Shown here: positions 8,706 through 18,856 of the stretch, one piece after another
Numbering within the stretch: position 1 is the stretch's first letter
Layout of the letters: each line of letters opens with the position of its first letter
Sequence record: NZ_CP014093.1
DNA: 64,000 nt
Source: a plasmid
Strand: one strand, 5' to 3'
Position numbers and translations under genes: made by a program
The notes under the pieces: model-generated
What the model was told of the DNA's origin: nothing
The model's input: the letters and a program-made list of their open reading frames with translations, nothing else
Databases searched by the model: none

Positions 8706-11700
8706 ATGATGTTTACCAGTCAAAATCAAATCAAGATTGTGGATCGCATCGACCATCTAGCTAAAACGCTAACACCGGAGCAAATCGAAGCGGCACTGCA
8801 AGGTGAAAACGCTGACCAAATCCTAGAAGCACTATCGCTTGAGGATTTGGAAAACACTTACCTATACCAGTGCAAACCAGTGCCTCAAATGATGCTAGAG
8901 GCGTTCAAATCAAAAGCGTCAAAGCTTGAGTTTCGTGCTCAGCAATTTGGTAAGCACTTGGAACGTAAAACGCCTACGCTATCGGTAGAAGCTGTAGAAG
9001 TGGGTAAACCGCGCAAATCTGGTGCGGTCGCTGTTCAAATGGTGAAAATCCCATTCTCGGATGGCCAGAGCATTTCTATTGCGTTCCATGCGCCGGATAA
9101 CGATCCGCTAAAAATCAATCCAGATGACACGCTAATCGCGTTCCGCTTCCTAATGAACTCGCGCGATATTACTCACGTAGTCGCGCCAAAAGGCAACATG
9201 GATTTGTCTCTTAAGGAAGTGACCAACAAGCTAGCGCAGTTGCTTGAAAACAACAGTGAGAAATTTGTCGCTGCTAAGGCCAAGAAAGACGCTGACAAGA
9301 AAGCATTGGAAGAAGCGCAACAAAAGGCACAAGAACTTGATGAACAAGCTGCGCAACTAGGCGAAGAAGCTACCGAATTGGAACAAAAGCTCGATGAGCT
9401 GGCCAAGAAAGAGAAGCGCTTGGAAACTCAGATCGCTACGCAGAACGAAATCCAAGAAGAACTACGCAAACAGCTTGCTGCTATCAAGCCAGCAGCAAAT
9501 ACAGCAACGAAAAATGTAAACGCTGGTGGCAGTTCGTCTCAAGTGATCGAGCAATGGGACGCTTCATGGACTAAGCAAGAGAAGCGCGACTTCATCATTA
9601 ACCGTGCTTTCAATGGCGATCTTGATGCCTTTGTTAAGCAGCTAAGCCAAGAGTTTAAAGACTCATTAGAGTTTGCAGGTGCAGCAAATCAAAACGTTCC
9701 TAGCACTTATTCAGAGTCGTACATCAATGATGTGATTTATGACCTCGATAAAGGTGCTATGACGGTATCAGAGCTTGCCGAGGCTAAAGAATACATCCGT
9801 GATTCAATTGAAAACGATTTTCCTCAGTTGTCAGACGAAGAACGGGAACGAAAAGCAAATATCGAGCGCAAAGAATGGCTATTGGCTCTTATTGGTCGCA
9901 AGACCATTGCTAAGGGCTGGAAGATGGATAAAGGCGAAGATAGCGAGCCGTTTGTCTACTTCGAATCGCCTGACACGAACGACGATGATAGCTTTGGCCA
10001 GTACATGATCCACGCGCGCGATAACCAAACCTTGGCTGTCACTTACGGCGAGGGTTCACCGCTTGCTGGTGGCGACGATCTACAAGGTTGGGAAGCTGTT
10101 AAATCACTTATTCTGGCTGACTACGATCGCGAATCTAAGTTGCTTCAAGATACCGATGACAGCAACGAAGAACCACAACCAATTGAGAACGACGAGCCAA
10201 ACGCGAACGACCAAGACAAAGACGAAACCACGGATAACCTATTCTGGTATGGCCTACGTCTACGCCCTTATGGCTTGGGTACAACGCCGCCACAACATCA
10301 AGTGGCTAAGTACCTCGATCCAGAATCGGCTAAAGAGCAATTCGCTGACGCTGGTAATGGCATTCGCCACGGTGCGATCGCTTATGACCAAAAACTGCCA
10401 CCAGAACTAGTAAGCAACTTTGACCTAGAGCCGCTATTTGGCATGGTTGAGGGCGACCTAGAAGAAGCGGAGCGCATCGCAACCGAAGCGCTAGACCAAT
10501 GGGTTGAGGACAAAGGCGTTGATGAAATTCCTCAGTCTACGCTCGATACCCTAAAACAAGTGGGCTTCAAAGCAGCGTTCGCTAAGCAGCTACGCCAGCA
10601 ACCAGAAATGAAGAACCGCAAGGAAAATCCAAACGCGTACAAGCTATGGAGCGCATCGATTGACCTTGTGACGCCGGACATGATTCAAGAGATTGCCGAA
10701 GACCTAATGCTGGTTCAAAGCGATGCTGAATTACAGCGCCAAGCAGAACACACGCAAGGCCGCATGCGCTTCCAAGAAGCAGCTCTATCCCAACTTAAGG
10801 ATATGCAGTCAGTAAACCCAAGCGATCGCAAACGTCTTGTTATGTTAGCTGACCTAACGCTAGGTACTGGTAAAACACTAAAACGTGGCGAGAAAGTGGA
10901 TGACCAAGCTAAGCGTATTTCAGAACAAGCGCACCTAGTGGAATCACTACAAGGTGAAACCCTAGCGTCACTGGAAGCGCAATTTAAGAACCGCAAAGAG
11001 ATCACTGATTTCCTAACGGCTCATCGCATTCCATTTAACCGCCGTGCGAAACGCGCTGACCTACTGCAAGCTATCTTGAACTACCGTGACGGATTCTTTA
11101 GTGCAACGGCGAAAATGTTCGACCTACGCGCGCTACGTGGCGACCTATACGAGAAGTTTGAGAACGGCGAAGCGTTAGCACTGGATGACGTAGAAAAAGC
11201 GTTTAGCGCGACTACGGTTTACCATGAGGGAGACGTAGCTTACACCAAGGCAAAAGGTGAAACCGTCATTCCAGCAATGGCAGACCAAGGCGAGGACTAC
11301 CAAAAAGTTGAGCGCTTCATTAAGGCGATTGATGACGGTATCTACCCTGACCTATCCGAACTAAGTTCAGATGAGCTCTTTGCTCAGCACTATGCAATGG
11401 CAAGTGTTACCAACCAAGACATCCTGGCAATTCATGGTTTTAGATACTTGGATAACGATGAGCAGATCGACAATGAACAGATGGCGCGCGCTATCCATAA
11501 CTCGGTCATGCCATTGTGGTACACAAAAGCTATCGAAGCGGAATACGAAAGCCGTGGCTTCCCTAGCCTTGCTGCGTTGCCTGACTTGAACCATAAAGGT
11601 CAATTCAAGGCGACACGCGAGAAACGCTACGCACCAGTTGGCACTATTGGCCAATCTGATTTTAGCGTTATCGATACGTACACAGGCAAGGTGCTAGAAA

Positions 11701-13499
11701 CTGGCCTAGAGGGTGCAGCAGCGCAGCAAAAAGCGACTCAACTAAACGACCAAGCAGTGAAAGAAAGCACTATTACAATCTTTAACATGCTTAAGGACGG
11801 CAAAACGCTTGAGCAAATTGCAGAGACGGAATACAGCGCACCACTAGAGCCTGTCAGTCCGGCCATGTTCACCACAATCAACGGCTTTGAATCATTGTAT
11901 TCAACGTTAGCCATTAACGGCTCGGGTTCGCTTCACTCGCGCCCAACACTACGCGAGAACGCCGACAAGCTACTGGCTAAGGTGGACGCTGACGGCAAGA
12001 TTAACGATATTGCGCTAACCGAAGAACAAGAGAACCAAATGGAAAATACATTTGGCTACAGTTTCTTCTCTGCGAAGTCGAACAAGGGTAAAGAGCTACG
12101 CTTTATCGCTAACACCAATTCTCGCAGCTACCTAACGGTTGACGGTGCTAACAAACTGCTTGAGCTATTGGGTGCTAAGAGCGCCGTAGAATCTGACACA
12201 GCAGATGAAATGAGCAAGGGTGCATCCGAGGAAGAAAAACAACTTCTCGCACTAGACCCAACTCAATATTCATTTGGCTCAATCTATGAGAGCGAGGGCA
12301 TTCGAGATACGGGTGAAATCGCTAAGCGAATCCGCGCCTTTATCGCTCAGCTTAAGACAGCTGGCAAGATCAGTAATGACGTTAAAATCTCAGTACGCAA
12401 GCCTCGCTACGGCACACTAGACCTAACGCTGACTGACTTGCCAAGAAACGTCATGCTCTACAATCCAGCTTACCTACAGTTCGAGATTGATAACCCTAAC
12501 TCGCCAGCGCCACACGGTATGAGCCGTTATACCGAAGCAGTAGATCAGCTGATCGAGTTCGTTAACGCTTATGTAGGCCAATACGACTACAACAACAGCG
12601 ACACGATGACCGATTACCACGATCGCAATTTCTTTGGTGGCCGCCTAACCGTGGACTTTGATTTTGGTAAAGAGCGCAAAGTGGTAGAGCTCGCGTCTCT
12701 AACTGAAATGCACCAGCAAGGCGAACAGGCAGAGGATGACGTATTAGACGTTACCTCATTCCGTGAAAGCCTAGATGAAGAAGAAGCGAAAGCACTTGAG
12801 CAGCTAGAAGCCTTTACCAACCTAGAGCTAAAACTTGGTAAGCAGGAAGTGACTTTCCCAACAGGCCGAGTGAAGTCGATTAATGCGAAAGATGAGGACG
12901 GACTAACTTACAGCCTAGACGTTCTATTCGACATTCTAGTGACCGACTTAAGCGAAAAAGCGAAAGCTCAACTTGAGACGATTAAGGACTGGCAATCTGC
13001 GGATGCCTACTACAACGAAAAAGGCGCATTGGTACAACCAAGTGTTGCGGCAGGTATCCACTCAGTAAATGGCTCAGTGCCAGCGAACGTGTACGCTCCG
13101 CTAATCGCCCGTTCATGGTTAAATGAAAGCCACGCTGACATTTATCCGATCGCTAAAGATGGCGAGTACAAGTTCGCGCTATACCAAGGCAACGACTTGA
13201 TCGGTGAATTTGACGATACAGCGGAAATGGAAGCGCTATTAGTGAAAGCGTTCAATCTAAGTAGTGAAGCACCTCAATCTGAAACAGAGGGCAATAACGA
13301 AGAAATGGAACATGTAGAGAAACTAAAGGAAATCCGAGATTTTACTGGTGAACCTACGCCGGAATTGGTTGATGAGTTCCAAACCGCACTAGAACAGGCT
13401 TACGCCCACTTCGAAGCTAACGACCAAATAGCAGAGAACGAAGCGTTGATGGATGCCGCTCTAAGCAACATCACAAGCATGATCCAAGCGCAAATTTAA
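8706..13499 (+). CDS. giant hypothetical protein (1597 aa), coiled-coil N-terminal region and acidic low-complexity stretches
   Basis: Uninterrupted 4.8-kb ORF. 'EEAQQKAQELDEQAAQLGEEATELEQKLDELAKKEKRLE' coiled coil; 'DTDDSNEEPQPIENDEPNANDQDKDE' acidic tract. No catalytic motif recognised. Confidence 0.5.
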   Translation: MMFTSQNQIKIVDRIDHLAKTLTPEQIEAALQGENADQILEALSLEDLENTYLYQCKPVPQMMLEAFKSKASKLEFRAQQFGKHLERKTPTLSVEAVEVGKPRKSGAVAVQMVKIPFSDGQSISIAFHAPDNDPLKINPDDTLIAFRFLMNSRDITHVVAPKGNMDLSLKEVTNKLAQLLENNSEKFVAAKAKKDADKKALEEAQQKAQELDEQAAQLGEEATELEQKLDELAKKEKRLETQIATQNEIQEELRKQLAAIKPAANTATKNVNAGGSSSQVIEQWDASWTKQEKRDFIINRAFNGDLDAFVKQLSQEFKDSLEFAGAANQNVPSTYSESYINDVIYDLDKGAMTVSELAEAKEYIRDSIENDFPQLSDEERERKANIERKEWLLALIGRKTIAKGWKMDKGEDSEPFVYFESPDTNDDDSFGQYMIHARDNQTLAVTYGEGSPLAGGDDLQGWEAVKSLILADYDRESKLLQDTDDSNEEPQPIENDEPNANDQDKDETTDNLFWYGLRLRPYGLGTTPPQHQVAKYLDPESAKEQFADAGNGIRHGAIAYDQKLPPELVSNFDLEPLFGMVEGDLEEAERIATEALDQWVEDKGVDEIPQSTLDTLKQVGFKAAFAKQLRQQPEMKNRKENPNAYKLWSASIDLVTPDMIQEIAEDLMLVQSDAELQRQAEHTQGRMRFQEAALSQLKDMQSVNPSDRKRLVMLADLTLGTGKTLKRGEKVDDQAKRISEQAHLVESLQGETLASLEAQFKNRKEITDFLTAHRIPFNRRAKRADLLQAILNYRDGFFSATAKMFDLRALRGDLYEKFENGEALALDDVEKAFSATTVYHEGDVAYTKAKGETVIPAMADQGEDYQKVERFIKAIDDGIYPDLSELSSDELFAQHYAMASVTNQDILAIHGFRYLDNDEQIDNEQMARAIHNSVMPLWYTKAIEAEYESRGFPSLAALPDLNHKGQFKATREKRYAPVGTIGQSDFSVIDTYTGKVLETGLEGAAAQQKATQLNDQAVKESTITIFNMLKDGKTLEQIAETEYSAPLEPVSPAMFTTINGFESLYSTLAINGSGSLHSRPTLRENADKLLAKVDADGKINDIALTEEQENQMENTFGYSFFSAKSNKGKELRFIANTNSRSYLTVDGANKLLELLGAKSAVESDTADEMSKGASEEEKQLLALDPTQYSFGSIYESEGIRDTGEIAKRIRAFIAQLKTAGKISNDVKISVRKPRYGTLDLTLTDLPRNVMLYNPAYLQFEIDNPNSPAPHGMSRYTEAVDQLIEFVNAYVGQYDYNNSDTMTDYHDRNFFGGRLTVDFDFGKERKVVELASLTEMHQQGEQAEDDVLDVTSFRESLDEEEAKALEQLEAFTNLELKLGKQEVTFPTGRVKSINAKDEDGLTYSLDVLFDILVTDLSEKAKAQLETIKDWQSADAYYNEKGALVQPSVAAGIHSVNGSVPANVYAPLIARSWLNESHADIYPIAKDGEYKFALYQGNDLIGEFDDTAEMEALLVKAFNLSSEAPQSETEGNNEEMEHVEKLKEIRDFTGEPTPELVDEFQTALEQAYAHFEANDQIAENEALMDAALSNITSMIQAQI

Positions 13500-13509
13500 T
13501 CACAACCAA

Positions 13510-13531
13510 GGCCGCCACTTCGGCGGCCTAA
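13510..13531 (+). terminator. GC hairpin GGCCGCC-ACTT-CGGCGGCC after the giant ORF (no U-tract)
   Basis: Inverted repeat read directly; the missing T-run makes intrinsic termination uncertain. Confidence 0.3.
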
Positions 13532-13546
13532 ACCGGAGACAATCAA

Positions 13547-14251
13547 GTGTTAAGCTTAAGAGAAAAAATGACGCTCAACCGCGATGCTGCGGGTTTATTG
13601 AAAGAGCTTAAGAGTGGCCAGCTATCGATTGGTGAACGCATCAAAAAGAACCGTGAGCTGGTGGAAATTCTTAATAAACTGACTGGCGCTAACCAAAAGG
13701 TTGAGCAGGAGCCGGTATCAAGTTCGGATGAGCCAATATCGGTAGAAGAATTTTCCAAGTTAGGCCGCTCCGATAAGATTGAAAAGCTCAATGAAGTGCT
13801 ACTTCTGCCTAACTGGTACGAATACGAAATGGCGTTTTTCCCTAACTACCAAATGGTTGAAAAGGGCGATAACTACGTTGTGTACAAGGATGGCGAAAAC
13901 TTCCAGTTTGGCTACAAAGGGCATATTGCGCGAGGTTTGGACTACTGGAAAAACGATGCGGGCTCAGCCAAGAAAAATGGTGGTTTTGGTAGCTGGTCGC
14001 GCGCTGACCGTAGCAAGGCTATCAAGACCATCACTAAGCACATTGAGCAGAATGAGCGCGACAATGGCGAACGTCCAGTTGAACAAAGCGAACTGGTTGC
14101 GAGATTCCTTGCAGGGGAGTTTAATACAGCCAAGCCATCGTTGTTTGTTGATGTAATGCGAGACGTTCACTCAGAGGGCTTGGAGCTAGATAGCATCAAG
14201 CAAAAAGCGATTGAATGGTTCGAGCACAATCCTGACAAACTGGCCGCTTAA
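13547..14251 (+). CDS. hypothetical protein
   Basis: ORF; no recognised motif. Confidence 0.4.
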   Translation: MLSLREKMTLNRDAAGLLKELKSGQLSIGERIKKNRELVEILNKLTGANQKVEQEPVSSSDEPISVEEFSKLGRSDKIEKLNEVLLLPNWYEYEMAFFPNYQMVEKGDNYVVYKDGENFQFGYKGHIARGLDYWKNDAGSAKKNGGFGSWSRADRSKAIKTITKHIEQNERDNGERPVEQSELVARFLAGEFNTAKPSLFVDVMRDVHSEGLELDSIKQKAIEWFEHNPDKLAA

Positions 14252-14586
14252 GTTTTCGCATGCGAGAACTTTTTTGCATGGAGCGCGAAAGACACGGATG
14301 TTTTCGCATGCGAGAGCTTTAAAACATGACATTCTATATATTTTTCGCATGCGAGAACTTTAAAGAATCTCGTTCGATATAGTTTTCGCATGCGAAAACT
14401 TTTCAGAGAACTTGAGAAAAAACAATGAATGTTTTCACTAAAATCCGAGCAGACTATTACTACAAGCAATCTTTAAACCTTGCACTAGCAGCCAGCGAAC
14501 GTCAAAACTACGCCAAGGCGCTTTTCGCATTGCTTAAGAGCCTTTAATCCGTTTCCCTGTCCCAAAAGTTTTCGCATGCGAAAACT
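14248..14586. repeat. cluster of 5 full copies plus 1 degenerate copy of the 22-bp palindrome, about 20-nt spacers
   Basis: Copies at 14248, 14300, 14341, 14381 and 14564; degenerate copy at 14521. Confidence 0.9.
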
Positions 14587-16021
14587 CGCCACTCCAACCG
14601 GAGCGGTCAAATTGAACCAACTCACATCAATTAGCGCCGAAATCAAAGAGGCGAAAAACATCAATGACCTAGCCGAGATTGTTCAACTGTACGCAACAGA
14701 CAATCCAAAACCCAAGCTAGGACGCACCAGCTACGTTGTGACAGCAAAAGGCGACGAAGTGGAAACAGGCTTTAAAGTCGTGGAAGCCAGCGACCTTATT
14801 CCATCGAACGACTTAGACGGTCGAATCAATCCGAACTTCCCGCAAGAACTGCAACCGCGCGACCGTACTCGCGTATCCTCAAAATTGCAGATCTCAAAGA
14901 TGGCCAACGATTTGCGTCCACAACAATTAACCGATTCTGGACTATCTAGCCACGGCGCACCGATTGTCGGTGCAGACAATGTGGTGGAGTCGGGGAACGG
15001 TCGAACCATCGCTATCATCAAGGCGTATCGAGAGGGTAAGGCTGATAAGTACCGCCAGTTCCTAATCGACAATGCGGAGCGCTTCGACCTATCACCGGAG
15101 AAAGTTGAGAGCATGCGCGAGCCAGTGTTGGTTCGAGAACGTGTTACCCAAGTTAACCGTGCTAAGTTTGCCCGAGATTCCAACCTCTCTGACTTGCAAC
15201 AAATGAGCGCAGCCGAGACAGCTTGGGTTGACGCAGAGCGCATCGATGACCGCATGATTGCTCTATTCCAACCGAGCGAAACAGGCAACCTTTTGGCCAA
15301 GTCTAACCAAGGATTTATAAACAGTTTCTTAACTGAAATTGGGGATAACTCAACCGCCGGACTACTTACTGAAGATGGCCGACCAACCAAGCAACTGATT
15401 GAGCACATGCAAAATGCCGTGTTTGCCAAGGCGTACAAAAACGAGAAGTTGGTGAAGCTGGTAGCCGAGGAAGCCGATCCCGAAATTCGCAACATTTTGA
15501 GCGCGCTAAACGGCGCAGCAAGCGCGTTTGTTGAGATGCAATACCTTAGCGGAGAGGTGCATAAAAACACGTCTGGAACGCTGGCAGAAGCCGTGGAAAT
15601 TAACGCCTCACAACCTGACCTCGCTAAGTCAGCACTTGACTCACTGGTGCAAGCAACCGAGCTAGTAAGACAGGCCAAAGATTCCGGTCAACACATCGAT
15701 GAGCTATTGGCTCAGTCCGGTTTGTTTGGCGACAACGATCCCGAGGCCGAAGCGCTGGCGAGATTCATTGCTGCTAACAACCGAAGCGCAAAACGCATGA
15801 CACTGGCATTTAAGGCAATGGCCGAGGCAATCAATAGTGAATTGCTTCACCAAGGCCAAGCGCTCGGGGATATGTTTGGCGGCGGTGGTGCATCGCTTAT
15901 TGATATTCTTGGGCGTGTAAATCAAGAGCTGGAAAACGAGGGGGTACAAACAGGCTTTATGTTCGAGTCTAGTGTGCAACTGGACGAACTTGCAAACGCT
16001 TCGAGGCATGCTATAAAATAG
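14576..16021 (+). CDS. ParB/Srx-like nuclease-domain protein (start uncertain; TTG at 14612 with GGAGCG Shine-Dalgarno is more plausible than the ATG inside the palindrome)
   Basis: 'ELQPRDRTR...GAPIVGADNVVESGNGRTIAII' matches ParB N-domain boxes (QPR; G-x-x-R-x-x-A). Confidence 0.5.
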   Translation: MRKLATPTGAVKLNQLTSISAEIKEAKNINDLAEIVQLYATDNPKPKLGRTSYVVTAKGDEVETGFKVVEASDLIPSNDLDGRINPNFPQELQPRDRTRVSSKLQISKMANDLRPQQLTDSGLSSHGAPIVGADNVVESGNGRTIAIIKAYREGKADKYRQFLIDNAERFDLSPEKVESMREPVLVRERVTQVNRAKFARDSNLSDLQQMSAAETAWVDAERIDDRMIALFQPSETGNLLAKSNQGFINSFLTEIGDNSTAGLLTEDGRPTKQLIEHMQNAVFAKAYKNEKLVKLVAEEADPEIRNILSALNGAASAFVEMQYLSGEVHKNTSGTLAEAVEINASQPDLAKSALDSLVQATELVRQAKDSGQHIDELLAQSGLFGDNDPEAEALARFIAANNRSAKRMTLAFKAMAEAINSELLHQGQALGDMFGGGGASLIDILGRVNQELENEGVQTGFMFESSVQLDELANASRHAIK

Positions 16022-16078
16022 TTCTTGGCATATATTGCCTATACAACCTTTATAGACACACAAAAACGCCAGATTTAA

Positions 16079-16447
16079 TTGTCAAATCTGGCGTTTTTGC
16101 ATTTGGGAGTAGGGGATGTTTACTATCAGGCATCGTTATCACTACGGGCTAATCGACATAAACGAAGATGGCGTTGCCGATGGCCATTCAGTCGCAGGAA
16201 TGAGATCCCCGCTTTAAGGAAAGATGGCGAGTATATCTACAGACCATTTAAAGGGGCGCTAGATAATATCTATCTACTGCATGTCCAAAAGGTAAAGCTG
16301 GTGAATATCGTCGCTTATTGCGATGACGAACTAGGGCTATTTGGCTGGCAAGACGTGCCGCTCGATCACTATGTGGTTGGTGTCTACCGTGACGGCGGGT
16401 ATTACGTCCTAACGAAAAACGGGCAGCTAATTAGCCACCCGCTTTAA
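16079..16447 (+). CDS. hypothetical protein
   Basis: ORF followed by one palindrome copy (16446-16470). Confidence 0.35.
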   Translation: MSNLAFLHLGVGDVYYQASLSLRANRHKRRWRCRWPFSRRNEIPALRKDGEYIYRPFKGALDNIYLLHVQKVKLVNIVAYCDDELGLFGWQDVPLDHYVVGVYRDGGYYVLTKNGQLISHPL

Positions 16448-16468
16448 AAGTTTTCGCATGCGAGAACT

Positions 16469-17385
16469 TTACACACGATACCCAACTAATTGAGCTTCAC
16501 CAACTGGCACTTGCTCAAGTTCGCCATCATCAAACAGTACCGTTAGCTTGTCGCTATGCTTACCAGATGCGAACACCAAACCATGACGGTCATTAACCAT
16601 GACACAAATACTGGTAGGCTTTTGGTTTGCCGTAGGCTTTTTGCTTACTGGTGTCTTATCGGTCTTTTCTGCTTTCTCTGGTTTGCTAGGTTGAGGTGCA
16701 ACTTCCACCTTGCTATCTAGCTCGCCAGTGCGCAGTTTTACACAATCTTGGCGTGTTAGCTTCTCGCAGCTTTCCAGCGCTTCACGAACGCGCTCAGAGT
16801 TATCGACGGTTGCTTTGCGTAGTTCGTTGATGGACTCTACATCACCAATAATCCCTTTTTGGAATGCTTCCAAAACAAAGTCAGGGCTTTAAGCACATTT
16901 AGGTATTTCGAAATGTAGCCGTCTGATTTGCCAAGGCGCTTAGCCAAGCCACGGTTATCCAGATTGTGCTTTTTCTTTGCTTGGTCAAACGCCTTACCTA
17001 ATTCGATTGGCGTTAAATCTTCTCGCTGAATGTTTTCAATGAGCTGACCAAAAATATCGCCCTTTTCACGGACAATACATTCAACGTGAGTTAGCTTATC
17101 GCTCAACATAGTGGCGCGCCAACGGCGTTCACCCTCTTGGATTTTGTATCCCTTGCCATCAAACGGGTAAACAACGACAGGTTGAATTTGGCCGTTTTCT
17201 TCTAGGCTTTCGCACAACTCAAGTAGTGATTCATCATTAAATTCTTCACGAACTTGCTCGACTGAATACAAAGAGTCTTTAGGGATAGCCAACACTTTCG
17301 CTGCATCGCGGATTTCTACCTCTGATTCATCCAAGAGATTATCTAGGTCGCTAAGCTTGATTCGATCTCTTAAACTTTTGGTCAT
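16469..17385 (-). CDS. parB: ParB partition protein, split by a 1-nt frameshift near 16840-16875
   Basis: N-part 'PVVVYPFDGKGYKIQEGERRWRAT' (GERRxRA box) plus HTH 'LGKSDGYISKYLNVLKAL'. C-part continues in the other frame ('DFVLEAFQKGIIGDV...'). Combined length about 320 aa. The start overlaps the parA stop (ATGA). Confidence 0.7.
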
Positions 17386-18155
17386 GCTGTCACCTCTACC
17401 ATGCGCTTGCAAAGTTCCTCACAAACCGCTGTAAAGCCGAATTTCTCAGCCGCTTTAGGGTTGGTTTCAATCAGTGCTTTGCCTTGGTTTAGAGCTTCAC
17501 TTACGCGCGTTGTTTTAATCAGTTTGTTTTCAAAAACTAGGTTGCCGTACTCTTTACGAAGTTCCGCTTCCTGTTCGCGCTGGTCGTTTGTAATGTTGGC
17601 TTCGATAAGGTTTAGGACAATGCCTAATACTTCCAAGTCAGGGTTCATTCGACGGATTTGGCGCGAGGTCTTAACCAGCTCATTAACGCCTTTGATCGAC
17701 ATTTTTTGTGCTTGGCTAATGATAAGTAGCTTACTGGCCACAAGTAGCGCTGCATGCTGTAGCGCGTTCGCCGCTGGTGGACAGTCGATAAAGATATAGT
17801 CGTAGTCGTCTTTGATAAGGTCGATAGACTCAGCCACGTTTAAGATTTGTGATTGAGTAATGTTACCCATGCGCTTATCGCCGCCAATAACGTGTACGTT
17901 TTCGCTGACTTCGAAAGGTTTAGCCTTTACTGGATTTTCAAAAAGGTTGTAAGCGTTGTGTAGGCAGCTCGCAGATGTGTACTCTGGATTCTCGACCATT
18001 TCCGGTGCGATTGAGCCGCCTAAGTTGTTTTGTGGGTCAAAGTCCAGGAATAGACATTTGTTGCCTTGACTAGCGATGCTAATGCCAAAGTTGTAAGTAC
18101 AAGTTGTTTTACCAACGCCGCCTTTTTGGTTGGCAATCGCCATGATAATGCTCAT
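17382..18155 (-). CDS. parA: ParA/Soj-type partition ATPase
   Basis: Deviant Walker A 'AIANQKGGVGKTT'; typical ParA length. Confidence 0.9.
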   Translation of the reverse strand: MSIIMAIANQKGGVGKTTCTYNFGISIASQGNKCLFLDFDPQNNLGGSIAPEMVENPEYTSASCLHNAYNLFENPVKAKPFEVSENVHVIGGDKRMGNITQSQILNVAESIDLIKDDYDYIFIDCPPAANALQHAALLVASKLLIISQAQKMSIKGVNELVKTSRQIRRMNPDLEVLGIVLNLIEANITNDQREQEAELRKEYGNLVFENKLIKTTRVSEALNQGKALIETNPKAAEKFGFTAVCEELCKRMVEVTA

Positions 18156-18158
18156 TAA

Positions 18159-18398
18159 TTAATTTCCTTTGCTGGTGGAATTTGTTTGCTGTTTTGGTTT
18201 GCTCAGTGCTACCTCAAGATCCTCGATATAGCACTGAACTACGTAATCAGTTGTACCGCCGCCGTGCATTGCTTTGTAAATAGCAGTGTGGCAAGGGCTT
18301 ACACCCTTAACGCCATCAATGAGCTGCTTGGCTTTTCTGGTACTTCCTGCCTTTTGGACTAATTGATTTAATCTTTCGCATCGTTCCTTGGATGCCAT
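18159..18398 (-). CDS. small hypothetical protein, first gene of the par operon
   Basis: 79-aa ORF ending 4 nt before parA. Confidence 0.35.
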   Translation of the reverse strand: MASKERCERLNQLVQKAGSTRKAKQLIDGVKGVSPCHTAIYKAMHGGGTTDYVVQCYIEDLEVALSKPKQQTNSTSKGN

Positions 18399-18498
18399 AT
18401 CAATGCCTCTCGATTGTTGTCACTGGCAACAGGCACACACTATACGTTGCCAGTAGCAACAGCACAAGAAAAAAAAGTAACAAACAGAACCGATTGCA

Positions 18499-18571
18499 CA
18501 AGTTTTCGCATGCGAGAACATTAGATAAATTGTGAGATTGATTCCATGTGTTTTCGCATGCGAAAACTTTT
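18499..18571. repeat. 2 copies of the 22-bp palindrome in the par promoter region
   Basis: 18499-18520 and 18550-18571. Confidence 0.9.
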
Positions 18572-18699
18572 TGACAATTCTATTACTTAACTAGGTTACA
18601 AAGAGCAGCGTCAACAGGCATAAGAAGGGAAAAGCACCTAGTTGCATAATTCATTGTTTTTAATAAAAAAATATTGAAAAACCCGTTGAATATGAAAAT

Positions 18700-18826
18700 T
18701 ATTTCATATAAATTAAATTACAGATAGGCGGCAACAAAACTATTAGGGGTAGGATTGATTGCATCAAAGCTTATCTGTTCAACGTGCAATCCCCGCCATT
18801 TGTTCAGTGGCGGGGTTTATTTTTTC
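18700..18826 (+). ncRNA. candidate small RNA ending at a strong intrinsic terminator
   Basis: Noncoding AT-rich stretch ending in CCCCGCCA-tttgttcag-TGGCGGGG plus TTTATTTTTT (18791-18826). Confidence 0.25.
18790..18826 (+). terminator. rho-independent terminator
   Basis: 8-bp GC stem plus U-tract. Confidence 0.6.
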
Positions 18827-18832
18827 TATCTC

Positions 18833-18856
18833 AAAAGTTTTCGCATGCGAAAACTT
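18833..18856. repeat. 22-bp palindrome copy
   Basis: AAAAGTTTTCGCATGCGAAAACTT. Confidence 0.9.

Noticed and set aside
9173-12820. Short antisense or alternate-frame ORFs inside the 1597-aa gene (9173-, 9775+, 10063+, 10715-, 11367-, 12614-)
   Set aside because: They are embedded in a long well-formed ORF, and the shorter ORFs are compositionally biased.
14248-14413. Regularly spaced 22-bp repeats with about 20-nt spacers resembling a mini CRISPR array
   Set aside because: The repeats are perfect palindromes and too short. The spacers are themselves similar to each other (the ...TTAAAACATGNCATTC... unit repeats as well). Single copies are dispersed elsewhere and no cas genes are present. This is a composite operator or parS-like repeat, not CRISPR.
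14731-15678. 315-aa minus-strand ORF
   Set aside because: Entirely antisense to the ParB-like nuclease gene, Ser/Ala/Cys-rich and low complexity. Spurious.
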